Below are positions 42,920-51,615 of a stretch of DNA of 64,000 nt, one piece after another. A model generated the notes under the pieces. That model did no database searches, was not told the origin of the DNA, and worked only from the letters and a program-made list of their open reading frames with translations. Location: NCBI GenBank assembly GCA_965223265.1, contig OZ244999.1:8928001-8992000 (forward strand), in the 5' to 3' direction. Numbering within the stretch: the stretch's first letter is position 1; every line of letters begins with the position of its first letter. This DNA comes from Planctomycetota bacterium. GTDB lineage: Bacteria > Planctomycetota > UBA8108 > SXIK01. The translations under genes and the position numbers were made by a program.

Positions 42920-43801
42920 ATGAAACGACTCACCGTTGGACCACTTTACTACGAGTTCAGCCGTCACAACGAGCCGCGCCTGCACATCGAATCTGGCGAG
43001 ACGATTCAAGTTGATGCTGAGGACGCACTCTCTGGTCAAATCCGTACGAACGATGACCGACGCGACAAAGAGGCGATGCCGTACAGCAATCCTCTCACCG
43101 GTCCGATCTTCGTCGAGGGCGCTGAGCCCGGGGATTCACTCGCCGTTGAGATTCACGAGATCCGTCCCAGCATTGGCCAGTGTGCGACACGTACCGCAGC
43201 GCCGCAGCAACTGTGCGAGTGGCTCGGCACAGACTGTCCACATGGAACGCACGTGTGCCGCATCGAAGGCGAGACGATTCATTGGAGCGATGACATCACG
43301 ATTCCATATGCTCCCATGCTCGGCTGTATCGGCACTGCGCCCGAATGGGGCGTTCCGACCACCGGGCCGGCGGGTCCGCACGGCGGCAACCTCGACATCG
43401 TCGAAGTTTGCCCGGGAAGCACGGTTTTTTTGCCGGTCTATATCCCTGGCGCCTATCTCTATCTTGGCGACGCACACGCAGCGATGGGGCACGGCGAACT
43501 TTCGGCCACGGGCCTTGAGATGCCGTCAGAGAGCGTTGTGACCGTCCGCGTGGTCAAAGATCGATCGATTCCCGCGCCGCGCATCGAGACCGCAGACGAG
43601 ATCATGACCATTTCGACCGGATGTCCCATGGAGCGATCCATGGCGCAGGCGTTTGCATGGTTAGCGCTTTGGATGGAGTCAGACTATGGGTGGGAGCGAT
43701 GGAAGGCTTACGATATCTTGACTCACACGGCGCGCGTGTCGATCGGCTACTATGCGATCGGTACGGTCGGAGTGAAGATCGCGAAACGCGTGTTGGGTTG
43801 A
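42920..43801 (+). CDS. Acetamidase/formamidase family protein
   Basis: NPLTGPIFVEGAEPGD, HGGNLD and GDAHAAMGHGE motifs. Confidence 0.9.
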   Translation: MKRLTVGPLYYEFSRHNEPRLHIESGETIQVDAEDALSGQIRTNDDRRDKEAMPYSNPLTGPIFVEGAEPGDSLAVEIHEIRPSIGQCATRTAAPQQLCEWLGTDCPHGTHVCRIEGETIHWSDDITIPYAPMLGCIGTAPEWGVPTTGPAGPHGGNLDIVEVCPGSTVFLPVYIPGAYLYLGDAHAAMGHGELSATGLEMPSESVVTVRVVKDRSIPAPRIETADEIMTISTGCPMERSMAQAFAWLALWMESDYGWERWKAYDILTHTARVSIGYYAIGTVGVKIAKRVLG

Positions 43802-43931
43802 TCGCCGCGGCCGGGTTGTTTGCCGCACGTCCGGCGGTCTCGGAGTGTGCGGTCTGGCCGCCCCTACTCGCGTCGAGTACGATGTGGCGAAACCCTCCCT
43901 TCTTTGATCGACACGACGACACACCACGCGC

Positions 43932-44825
43932 ATGCTGTTCGACACGCACACTAACTTGATGTGGTACCCCGATCACCTCTCCGACGAGTTCGTCGACTTT
44001 GCGTGGGAGGCGAAGAAGGCGAAGATGAAGCTGTCGCCGGACGTTTACTTCGCGGGTGCTGAAGTTGATGAGAAAAACGCCTTCGACTCGACTCCAGAGG
44101 CGCTCCTCGAAGCGACGCAGCAATGCGCAAAGGTCATCGTCTTTGGCATCAAGGCGCCCTTTTGCGGCATCAATGCCGACCAGGAACTGATCGCGAAGTT
44201 CGTCCGCCAGAATTCAGACCGCTTCATTGGCTGGTGTTCGGTCGATCCCAACGATCGTGACTGCGTCGAGCAGCTTGAGTACTACGTCGAGGAGCTAGGG
44301 TTTCGCGGTCTGAAGTGCTCGCCGATCTATCAGAACTGGAATCCCCAGGATCCCAAACACCTGCCGCTCTTTAAGAAGGCGGAGGCGCTTGGGATTCCCG
44401 TCAACGTCCATCAGGGCACCTCGTTCGTGCGTCCGGGACCACTCAAATATGCGAATCCGATTCTCCTCGAAGACATCGCGGTTGCGTGTCCTGAACTGCG
44501 ACTCATCATCGCGCACATGGGACACCCATGGGAGGATGAGTGCGTTGTCTTCATCCGCAAACACCCAAATCTCTATACGAATATCTCCGCGCTTCACTAC
44601 CGCCCGCTGCGTCACTATCAGGCGTTCATGACGGCCATCGAGTACGGAGTTGAGCACAAGCTGATCTTCGGTTCGGATTTTCCGTCGGCGACCCCGGAGC
44701 AAGTGATCGCAGGCCAATGGAAGGTGAACGACGTTGTCGAGGGGACGAGCTTCCCGCGTGTCTCTGATGAAGTCATCCACCGCATTATCTACGAAAATTG
44801 GAAACAGGTCATCGAACCGACGTAG
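43932..44825 (+). CDS. Amidohydrolase family protein
   Basis: DTHT, HQG, AHMGHPW and FGSDFP motifs. Confidence 0.88.
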   Translation: MLFDTHTNLMWYPDHLSDEFVDFAWEAKKAKMKLSPDVYFAGAEVDEKNAFDSTPEALLEATQQCAKVIVFGIKAPFCGINADQELIAKFVRQNSDRFIGWCSVDPNDRDCVEQLEYYVEELGFRGLKCSPIYQNWNPQDPKHLPLFKKAEALGIPVNVHQGTSFVRPGPLKYANPILLEDIAVACPELRLIIAHMGHPWEDECVVFIRKHPNLYTNISALHYRPLRHYQAFMTAIEYGVEHKLIFGSDFPSATPEQVIAGQWKVNDVVEGTSFPRVSDEVIHRIIYENWKQVIEPT

Positions 44826-44880
44826 GGAGCTGCGCCGCTGTTGCGAAGTGCAGAACCCTGCGCGTTGAGGGAGTTACGCT

Positions 44881-47157
44881 ATGCGCCGACTTTCCTTTGT
44901 TGTGCTCGCTTTGTTGACATCCTACATCGGTTTGCATCTGGCGCTCGCATCCCGAAAAGCTCTGGCTAATCCGCGTGATAGCGGACGCCGGGAACCGTGG
45001 ACAACGTCGAGAGTTGTCGGTAAGCCCGAACCGCCGTCGCCCTATTCGACGCAGATTGCGTTTCCGCACATCAAGTTTTTCGAGCCGCTCGCTATGACCA
45101 GTGTCCGCGGGACCGATCTACTATTGATTGCAGAGAAGCGCGGGCGAATCTACGCTTTTCGTAACGACCCAGATGTCGCCGCAGCTGAGCTTGTCATCGA
45201 CATTGGCCGGACCGTGTACGGCGTTGCTGCGCATCCGGACTTCGTGAAGAACGGCTTCATCTATGTCACGTACGTGCTCGATCCGATCGCATCGGAGCCC
45301 GAAGGCTCGCGTCTGTCTCGGTTTCAAGTTTTGGACGGTGAAGGACTGAAAGCCGATCCCGAGACCGAAAAGACTCTTCTCATTTGGCCATCGGGTGGGC
45401 ACAACGGCGGGTGTTTGACGTTCGGGCCTGACGGTTTTCTGTATCTCGCCACGGGGGACGGTAGCGGCATCGCTGATGGGTACAAGACCGGACAAGACGT
45501 CACCGATCTGCTGGCGTCAATCCTTCGTCTCGATGTCGACCGCGCGGATCCCGGCCGTGCCTACGCCATTCCGCCAGACAACCCGTTCGTCGGTATGCCG
45601 GGTGCGCGCGGGGAGATCTGGGCCTATGGACTGCGGCAGGTTTGGAAGATGGAGTTCGATCGTGCCACGGGCGACTTGTGGGCCGGCGAAGTCGGTCAGG
45701 ACCTGTGGGAAATGGTCTACCTCATCGAGCGCGGGGGGAACTACGGCTGGAGCGTGCGTGAGGGGCGTCACCCGTTTCGGCCAGGCCGCACAGAGGGACC
45801 GACTCCGTTTCAGGATCCGATTGTCGAACAACCGCACTCAGATTTTCGATCCATCACGGGCGGCATTGTCTATCACGGTTCGCGGTTGCCGCAGCTGACG
45901 GGAGCGTACGTCTATGGGGACTATGACACTGGCCGTGTGTGGGCGCTACGCTACGAGGGTGGCCGTGTCACGGCAAACTTCGAGCTTGTCGACACTCCGA
46001 TGCGCCTCGTGGACATCTGCGAGGACGAAGGCGGCGATTTTTTTCTCCTCGACTACGTTGGTGAGATCCGCCGTTTGGTGGTGAATCCGAAAGCGGGTGA
46101 TACGGAGGCGGCCAAGGCGTTTCCGCGCCGCCTGAGCGACACGGGAATCTTTGCGTCGACGCGAAATCACGAGCCAGCGCCGGGCGTCATCCCATACTCG
46201 GTCAACTCGGAGCTCTGGTCGGATGGTGCGTACAAGGAGCGGTTCATGGCGTTCCCCGGGCGCAGCCGGATCGAGCGCGACGCGATTCACTACCCTCAAC
46301 CGGCGCCGGGTTCAACACCGGGATGGCGATTTCCCGACGGCACAGTGCTCGTGAAGACGTTTTCGCTCGAGATGAAGCCGGGCGACCCGACCAGTCGGCG
46401 CCGGGTCGAGACGCGTCTCTTGCATTTTGAGCAGTTGGCGGGGCCCGAGACGGTTGGCGACCAGTACTGGCACGGATACTCGTACGTCTGGAACGAGGAT
46501 GAGACCGACGCCGAGCTCGTCGATGCGGTTGGGCTCGATCGAGCCTACGCCGTTCAGCGAGATGGAGAGACCTCAGAGCAGGTATGGCACTTTCCGAGTC
46601 GCGCCGAGTGTACGCTCTGTCACACCATGGCCGCAAAGTATGTGCTCGGCGTCAACGACTTACAGATCAACAAAGAGGTGGTCGTCGACGGTCGCTCCGT
46701 GAATCAGCTCGAGCAGCTCGAGCGTCTTGGAGTCTTCACTGACCCGTTGCCGGCGCCGACGAATGAGCTGCTGCGCCTCTACGACCATACCGATGCCAAG
46801 GTCGAGCTCGCGAGACGCGCACGCTCCTACCTGCACTCGAACTGCTCGCACTGCCACCGCAAGTGGGGCGGAGGGAACGCCGAGTTCCAGCTGCTTGCGA
46901 CTTTGCCGCTGACGCAGACCGGAACGCTCGGCGTGCCGCCGCACCACGGCGCTTTCGGTGCTGTGTCGCCTGCCCTGATCGCACCCGGAAGCCCGGAGCA
47001 GTCCGTCGTGCTGCGGCGCATGCAGATCACTGGACTAGGGCGCATGCCGCACATTGCCTCGAGCGTCGTCGACGAAGTCGGCGTCGGCATCATCCGTGAC
47101 TGGATCGCAAATCTACCGTCGGACGCGCGCGACGCCACGCCAGCCCAGGGCGACTGA
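44881..47157 (+). CDS. Glucose/sorbosone (PQQ-type) dehydrogenase propeller fused to a cytochrome c-like domain
   Basis: HNGGCLTFGPDG, IPPDNPF, EIWAYGLR, GGNYGW motifs; heme motifs CTLCH and CSHCH. Confidence 0.88.
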   Translation: MRRLSFVVLALLTSYIGLHLALASRKALANPRDSGRREPWTTSRVVGKPEPPSPYSTQIAFPHIKFFEPLAMTSVRGTDLLLIAEKRGRIYAFRNDPDVAAAELVIDIGRTVYGVAAHPDFVKNGFIYVTYVLDPIASEPEGSRLSRFQVLDGEGLKADPETEKTLLIWPSGGHNGGCLTFGPDGFLYLATGDGSGIADGYKTGQDVTDLLASILRLDVDRADPGRAYAIPPDNPFVGMPGARGEIWAYGLRQVWKMEFDRATGDLWAGEVGQDLWEMVYLIERGGNYGWSVREGRHPFRPGRTEGPTPFQDPIVEQPHSDFRSITGGIVYHGSRLPQLTGAYVYGDYDTGRVWALRYEGGRVTANFELVDTPMRLVDICEDEGGDFFLLDYVGEIRRLVVNPKAGDTEAAKAFPRRLSDTGIFASTRNHEPAPGVIPYSVNSELWSDGAYKERFMAFPGRSRIERDAIHYPQPAPGSTPGWRFPDGTVLVKTFSLEMKPGDPTSRRRVETRLLHFEQLAGPETVGDQYWHGYSYVWNEDETDAELVDAVGLDRAYAVQRDGETSEQVWHFPSRAECTLCHTMAAKYVLGVNDLQINKEVVVDGRSVNQLEQLERLGVFTDPLPAPTNELLRLYDHTDAKVELARRARSYLHSNCSHCHRKWGGGNAEFQLLATLPLTQTGTLGVPPHHGAFGAVSPALIAPGSPEQSVVLRRMQITGLGRMPHIASSVVDEVGVGIIRDWIANLPSDARDATPAQGD

Positions 47158-47250
47158 GCGACGAAGGCGACCGTTTCTGTCTACGCCGCGATCGATCGCG
47201 TCTTCGGCGCCACCTGTCCTCAATACGTGCTGCTGTGCGTGCTCGTTTAG

Positions 47251-47427
47251 CAGCCTGTTGAAAAGTGCTTCGAGCCGAAAACTGGTCTCTTCGCGTCCAG
47301 ATCGGCCGCGGCAAACGCAGGCAATCTTCGGGCCCTCTTCTTTCGATTCTGATGGCGAGTATTGGCGCGGCCCGTCTGGGCGTGAAGAGGCCAGTTTCTT
47401 CGGCCGAATGACTTCTTCAACGGGCTG
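47251..47427. mobile_element. 177-bp MITE-like foldback element
   Basis: Terminal inverted repeats cagcctgttgaa / ttcaacgggctg plus a long internal inverted repeat. No ORF. Confidence 0.7.
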
Positions 47428-47430
47428 GAG

Positions 47431-48927
47431 CTACTCTTGAGATAGCCGTCGAAACATGAGGCCTTCGAGCCTCTCGGCCGTCGGTTGTGGCCAAAAGTAG
47501 CTGGCGACAAGGCCGATGGCGAAAGCCGGGATGCAGCTCCAGGCACCATACCACCAGCCATGGACGTCAAGAATCACGGCGCCGATCGTACCCACGAACC
47601 CCGCTCCGATGCCGAACACCATCCCCATGGCGTTCGCACGTCGACTCAGAATCCCAAGCGTGAAAACCGCGAGCAAATTGCCGAGGAACGCACCGGCGAT
47701 TTTCATGAGTGTGTCGAAAATAGGACCGTCCGCCTGGTTGATCGCCAGCGATACGGCGATGACTGCGATGCCAAGGATGACGCACGCGGTGCGGCTCCAG
47801 CGCACGCTCTGCTCTCGGCCACGGAACCAATCGTAGACAACGAGCGCTGTGATGTTGTTGATGCCGCTGTCGACGCTGCTCATGGCCGCTGCGAAGAGTC
47901 CGGCGAGGAGAATGCCCGTGAGCCCTTGGATTGCCAGTTCATTGAGAACGAAGTGCGGCACCAGCTTGTCTTCCGTCGGCAGTCCGGCGAAACCATCGCC
48001 AGCTACCGCCCCGGCGTCCAGGCCTTGGTGATAAAACGCGAAGACCGCTGTACCGACGAGAAAGAAAAGAAGACAGACGGCCACAGTGAGCACGGCGTTC
48101 ATCACCATGGCCCAACGCGCGTCGCGGAGCGTCGGCACCGAAACGTAGCGCTGAATCGCGCCCTGCGACGCTGCATACGCAGGAATGTAAGCAAAAATCC
48201 CGTAGGCGCAAGCCGAGAAGAAGTTGTCGCTCTCCTCGAAACTGAAGTCGAACATATCGAACTTGTTGTGAGCTGCAGCCAGATCAACCATGCCGCCCAA
48301 ACCACCTTCGATGCGGCTCACGGCCAGCAGGAATACGGCCAGCATCCCGCCGCCCAGGGTGACCGACTGCAGCACATCCGTCCAAACCACGGCGCGGACA
48401 CCACCGATTGCAGTGTAGAAGGTCGCGAAGAGACCAAAGCCAGCCAAGGCGAGCGATAATTGACCTTCGCTCAGCTCGAAGACCGCCTCGAGGATGCGAC
48501 CGACGGCGACGAGCATCGTCCCCATCCAACCGACGGTGTAGATCGAGTAGAGGGCGCTTCCGAGTAAGCGGACGCGACGGTCGAAACGCCGCTCGAGGTA
48601 TTCGTAGAGGCTGACGAGGCGCAGGCGATGGTAGATCGGCAGGAAGACGATCGACACGACGGGCGTGACGACGAACGGGATGAAGAGGATCGCTAGATAG
48701 AGGTGGTAGTCGTCGTTCGCTGCCTCGCGTGGTAAACCCACGAACGAGTTGGAGCTGAAGGTGCTTGCGAACAGCGACACGCCGACCGGAAACCAGCCCA
48801 GCGTGCGACTGCCGACGAAGTACTCTTCGTTCGTCTCTTGGCGTTTCGAGAACCAAATCCCGATGCCGAGTACCACGAGCAGATAGAAACCACAAACGGC
48901 CCAATCGAGAGGTGAGATTGAATTCAC
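47431..48927 (-). CDS. Sodium:solute symporter (SSS family)
   Basis: EEYFVGSR, SLYEYLERRF, GGVRAVVWTDVLQ and FAAAMSSVDSGIN motifs. Confidence 0.92.
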   Translation of the reverse strand: MNSISPLDWAVCGFYLLVVLGIGIWFSKRQETNEEYFVGSRTLGWFPVGVSLFASTFSSNSFVGLPREAANDDYHLYLAILFIPFVVTPVVSIVFLPIYHRLRLVSLYEYLERRFDRRVRLLGSALYSIYTVGWMGTMLVAVGRILEAVFELSEGQLSLALAGFGLFATFYTAIGGVRAVVWTDVLQSVTLGGGMLAVFLLAVSRIEGGLGGMVDLAAAHNKFDMFDFSFEESDNFFSACAYGIFAYIPAYAASQGAIQRYVSVPTLRDARWAMVMNAVLTVAVCLLFFLVGTAVFAFYHQGLDAGAVAGDGFAGLPTEDKLVPHFVLNELAIQGLTGILLAGLFAAAMSSVDSGINNITALVVYDWFRGREQSVRWSRTACVILGIAVIAVSLAINQADGPIFDTLMKIAGAFLGNLLAVFTLGILSRRANAMGMVFGIGAGFVGTIGAVILDVHGWWYGAWSCIPAFAIGLVASYFWPQPTAERLEGLMFRRLSQE

Positions 48928-49156
48928 TGCGCGGCCTTGGCTGCTGTGGTGGTGCCGAACGGCGAGTTGGACGCACATTCGGCGGTGTGTGACGCGAGAC
49001 AAGACTTTAACGCAGGCGTTTTGATCTTTGCCACCCTGCTCGCTTAAAATTGGCGCGAAGTGGCGGTCGACTCTACTACGGCAGTTCTCGGCTGCTCACG
49101 CAGGGGCGACGAAGAGTCGGCTTGAGCACGATCGACGAAAACTCAGTGAGAACGCG

Positions 49157-50269
49157 ATGCGCATCGTTCGGATCGAACCCATTCCCATCAACGTGCCACT
49201 GAAAAAGGGGCTGACGACGAAGACGGCGCACGGCGAGCATGTCGATTCACCGTACGTGATCGTGAGGGTGCACACAGATGAGGGGCTCGTCGGCCTTGGC
49301 GAGGCGACGCTCGCACCGCGCTGGAGCGGAGAGACGAGTTCCAGTTGTGTTGCCGCGCTTCGCGACCTGATTTCCCCAGCGCTTGTCGGCGAAGATCCAC
49401 GCGACATCACGCGGCTACGCGGGCGCATGGAGCGGGTGCTGAAGCTCAATCCATTCACCAAGGCGGCCGTCGAGATGGCGCTTTGGGATCTCCGCGGCAA
49501 GTCGTTGGACGTCCCGATTTACGAGCTCCTCGGCGGTAAGATGCACGACGAGCTACCGATCAAGATGGTGATCGGCGCTTTCGATGTGCCGAAGGCCGTT
49601 CAGCTCGCCGAGCAGTTTCTCGATTGGGGCGTCAAATGCCTCAAGGTCAAAGTCGGCGTCGATCCTGAATCTGACGTCGCTCGCGTTGAGGCGGTTCGCA
49701 GCGCAGCCGGGCCGGACGTTCCCATCGCCATCGACGCGAACTGCGGCTGGAACTTGGCAACGGCGCGGCGCACGCTCGAGTGCCTCGAAGAGTTCGACAT
49801 CTTGGTCGCCGAGCAGCCGATTCCTCCCGGCGATGTCGAGGCGTTCGCGGATCTCCGCAGCGCGACGACCATCCCCATCATGGCGGACGAGAGCGTGTTC
49901 ACGTTGACCGACGCGTGGGTGCTGACAGCGGCGCGGGCGGTCGACGTGCTTGCCGTCTACCCCGGTAAGCACGGCGGCATCGCAGCCACTCTTGAGCTGG
50001 CGCACGTGGCGTGCGGTGCCGGGATCGCTTGTGCGATCGGGAGCAACCTGGAGCTCGGTATCGGTACGGCTGCTATGCTGCACGTGGCTGCAAGCAATCC
50101 CACCATCGACAGCAAGACGTTTCCAGCCGATTTGATCGGACCGCTTTATCACGAAGCCGACATGCTCACGCAGCCGCTCGAACTCGGGCCAACCGCGGCG
50201 CACGTACCGTCCGGCCCCGGCCTTGGAGTGGAGCTCGACGAAGAGGCGTTGGCACGCTGGCGGGAGTAG
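49157..50269 (+). CDS. Mandelate racemase/muconate lactonizing enzyme family protein
   Basis: KVKVG, DANCG, EQP and MADES motifs. Confidence 0.92.
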   Translation: MRIVRIEPIPINVPLKKGLTTKTAHGEHVDSPYVIVRVHTDEGLVGLGEATLAPRWSGETSSSCVAALRDLISPALVGEDPRDITRLRGRMERVLKLNPFTKAAVEMALWDLRGKSLDVPIYELLGGKMHDELPIKMVIGAFDVPKAVQLAEQFLDWGVKCLKVKVGVDPESDVARVEAVRSAAGPDVPIAIDANCGWNLATARRTLECLEEFDILVAEQPIPPGDVEAFADLRSATTIPIMADESVFTLTDAWVLTAARAVDVLAVYPGKHGGIAATLELAHVACGAGIACAIGSNLELGIGTAAMLHVAASNPTIDSKTFPADLIGPLYHEADMLTQPLELGPTAAHVPSGPGLGVELDEEALARWRE

Positions 50270-50367
50270 GGGTTGTTGCTGACGATGCGGGTGCTGAGAG
50301 CTGGGACGGAGATCGAGACGGGGAAAGAGACAGAAGCAGAGAAGAGGTGTGCCGCCAAGGGGCGTTT

Positions 50368-50491
50368 GCGGCGGCGGTATTGTCGAGCGTAACCGAAGCA
50401 GAGCCGGCCTCAAGGGTGCCCTCGCTGCGCTCGGCGCTTCGCGCCCTTGACCCCGACTCTGCTTTGGTTGGCGGGGGTGAAACGCCGCCGC
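50368..50491 (+). promoter_or_regulatory. Foldback leader of four-helix-bundle gene 1, putative ssDNA (Frpo-like) promoter
   Basis: Nested stems 50368-76/50483-91, 50391-407/50453-69 and 50410-19/50441-50 with a 14/13-nt internal bubble. -35-like and -10-like hexamers are 16 nt apart. Confidence 0.65.
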
Positions 50492-50540
50492 GTCGGGCGT
50501 GCGGCGAGAGTTTCACTCAACCGGTTGACTGGAGTCGCTC

Positions 50541-50864
50541 ATGGGCTTTCTCGCTTTGGATCACTCTGTTGGTATCGTTCGTCAGTTGCGTCCGCTTGTC
50601 TCGCGTGTGCGTCGTCACGACTCGAAGCTTGCCGCTCAGCTGCGCGACGCGGGGTCCTCCGTGGCGCTGAATTTGGGCGAGGGCAATCGGCGCTCTGGTC
50701 GTGACCGCGGGCACCTTTGGCGTGTTGCTTCAGGCAGTGCCGAAGAGGTGCGTACGGCGCTCCGTGTTGCTGAAGCTTGGGGCTACGTCGATGCGCAGGA
50801 GACAGCTTCGGTGCTTGCGGACATCGACGAGCTGCAGGCGATGCTTTGGAAGCTGACGCGCTGA
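50541..50864 (+). CDS. Four-helix-bundle protein (23S rRNA-IVP / bAvd-like family)
   Basis: QLRDAGSSVALNLGEG...HLWRVASGSAEEV motif; GGAG RBS at 50531. Confidence 0.9.
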   Translation: MGFLALDHSVGIVRQLRPLVSRVRRHDSKLAAQLRDAGSSVALNLGEGNRRSGRDRGHLWRVASGSAEEVRTALRVAEAWGYVDAQETASVLADIDELQAMLWKLTR

Positions 50865-50880
50865 GCTTGGGGTCTTGGGC

Positions 50881-50909
50881 CCGCCGTGCTTTTTCGCGCG
50901 GCGGTTTTT
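50881..50909 (+). terminator. Intrinsic terminator
   Basis: ccgccgtgc-tttttc-gcgcggcgg followed by ttttt. Confidence 0.75.
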
Positions 50910-51091
50910 GAGGCGGGGGAGAGGCAGAGGGAGAGACGGAACCGGAGGCAGAGACAGGGGCAGAATCAGAGACGGATGACGGATAGAGATACAGAAGCAG
51001 ATGACAGAGTCAGAGACGGAGACAGACACAGATACAGATGCAGAGCCAGAGACGGATTCGGATGACGGAGACAGGGCCAGAAGTCGGAAGC
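50910..51091. repeat. Degenerate purine-rich hexamer tract (GAGACA/GAGGCA/GATACA/GAGTCA)
   Basis: Visible 6-bp periodicity between the two convergent four-helix-bundle genes. Confidence 0.85.
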
Positions 51092-51101
51092 GCCGTGACC
51101 A

Positions 51102-51127
51102 GCGCCCGCTACGAAAGTAGCGGGCGC
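51102..51127 (-). terminator. 3' hairpin of four-helix-bundle gene 2
   Basis: gcgcccgctac-gaaa-gtagcgggcgc is a perfect 11-bp stem 14 nt after the stop. No U-tract. Confidence 0.6.
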
Positions 51128-51140
51128 ATGGGCGTCTCGC

Positions 51141-51464
51141 TCAGCGCGTGAGTCCGCTGAGAAGAGCCAGGAGTCGATCGAGGGTCTGGAGAGGAACTGA
51201 GACGTCTTCGGCCCTGAGATCTCCCCAGGCCACAGTGATTCGCAGGGCGGTCTCGACCTCCCGGGCACTGCCGCGCGCAACGCGATAGAGATGAAGTCGG
51301 TCTTTCCCGGAGCGCTCGGCACCCTCCGAGAGATTGAGCGCGACGGAAGAGGCAGCCCGCCGAATCTGCCGATGGAGATCGGGATCAAGCCGACGCAGCC
51401 GCAGCAATGGAGCCCGCAAGTCGCGAATCAAAGCGAGACTGACATCGAGAGCGATGAAGCGCAT
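51141..51464 (-). CDS. Four-helix-bundle protein (23S rRNA-IVP / bAvd-like family), paralog 2
   Basis: MRFIALD...QIRRAASSVALNLSEG...RVARGSAREV; GGAGG RBS; 107 aa, 57/107 identical to paralog 1 by ungapped hand alignment. Confidence 0.9.
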   Translation of the reverse strand: MRFIALDVSLALIRDLRAPLLRLRRLDPDLHRQIRRAASSVALNLSEGAERSGKDRLHLYRVARGSAREVETALRITVAWGDLRAEDVSVPLQTLDRLLALLSGLTR

Positions 51465-51506
51465 GAGAAGCCTCCGAAACGGTGAGTCAAGAGCTCGCCG
51501 CGTCCG

Positions 51507-51597
51507 GGCGGCGGTACTCCACCCCCCAACGCGGAGCGGAGTGGGTGTCAAGGGCGCGCAGCGCCGAGCGCAGCGAGGGCACCCTTGACCACGGGTA
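51507..51597 (-). promoter_or_regulatory. Gene-proximal part of the foldback leader of gene 2, interrupted by the recombinase element
   Basis: 51547-51588 matches the reverse complement of 50410-50451 at 41/42 nt. TTGACA on the minus strand at 51546-51551. Confidence 0.75.
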
Positions 51598-51615
51598 GCC
51601 CACACTGATGTTGGT

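Noticed and set aside
50386-50473. Integron attC site (AAC...GTT hairpin)
   Set aside because: The boxes do not fit RYYYAAC/GTTRRRY, the spacer is paired, the structure lies upstream of the gene rather than downstream, and there is no integrase or cassette array.
50541-51464. Diversity-generating retroelement or 23S rRNA intervening sequence
   Set aside because: No reverse transcriptase, TR/VR pair or rRNA sequence in the window.
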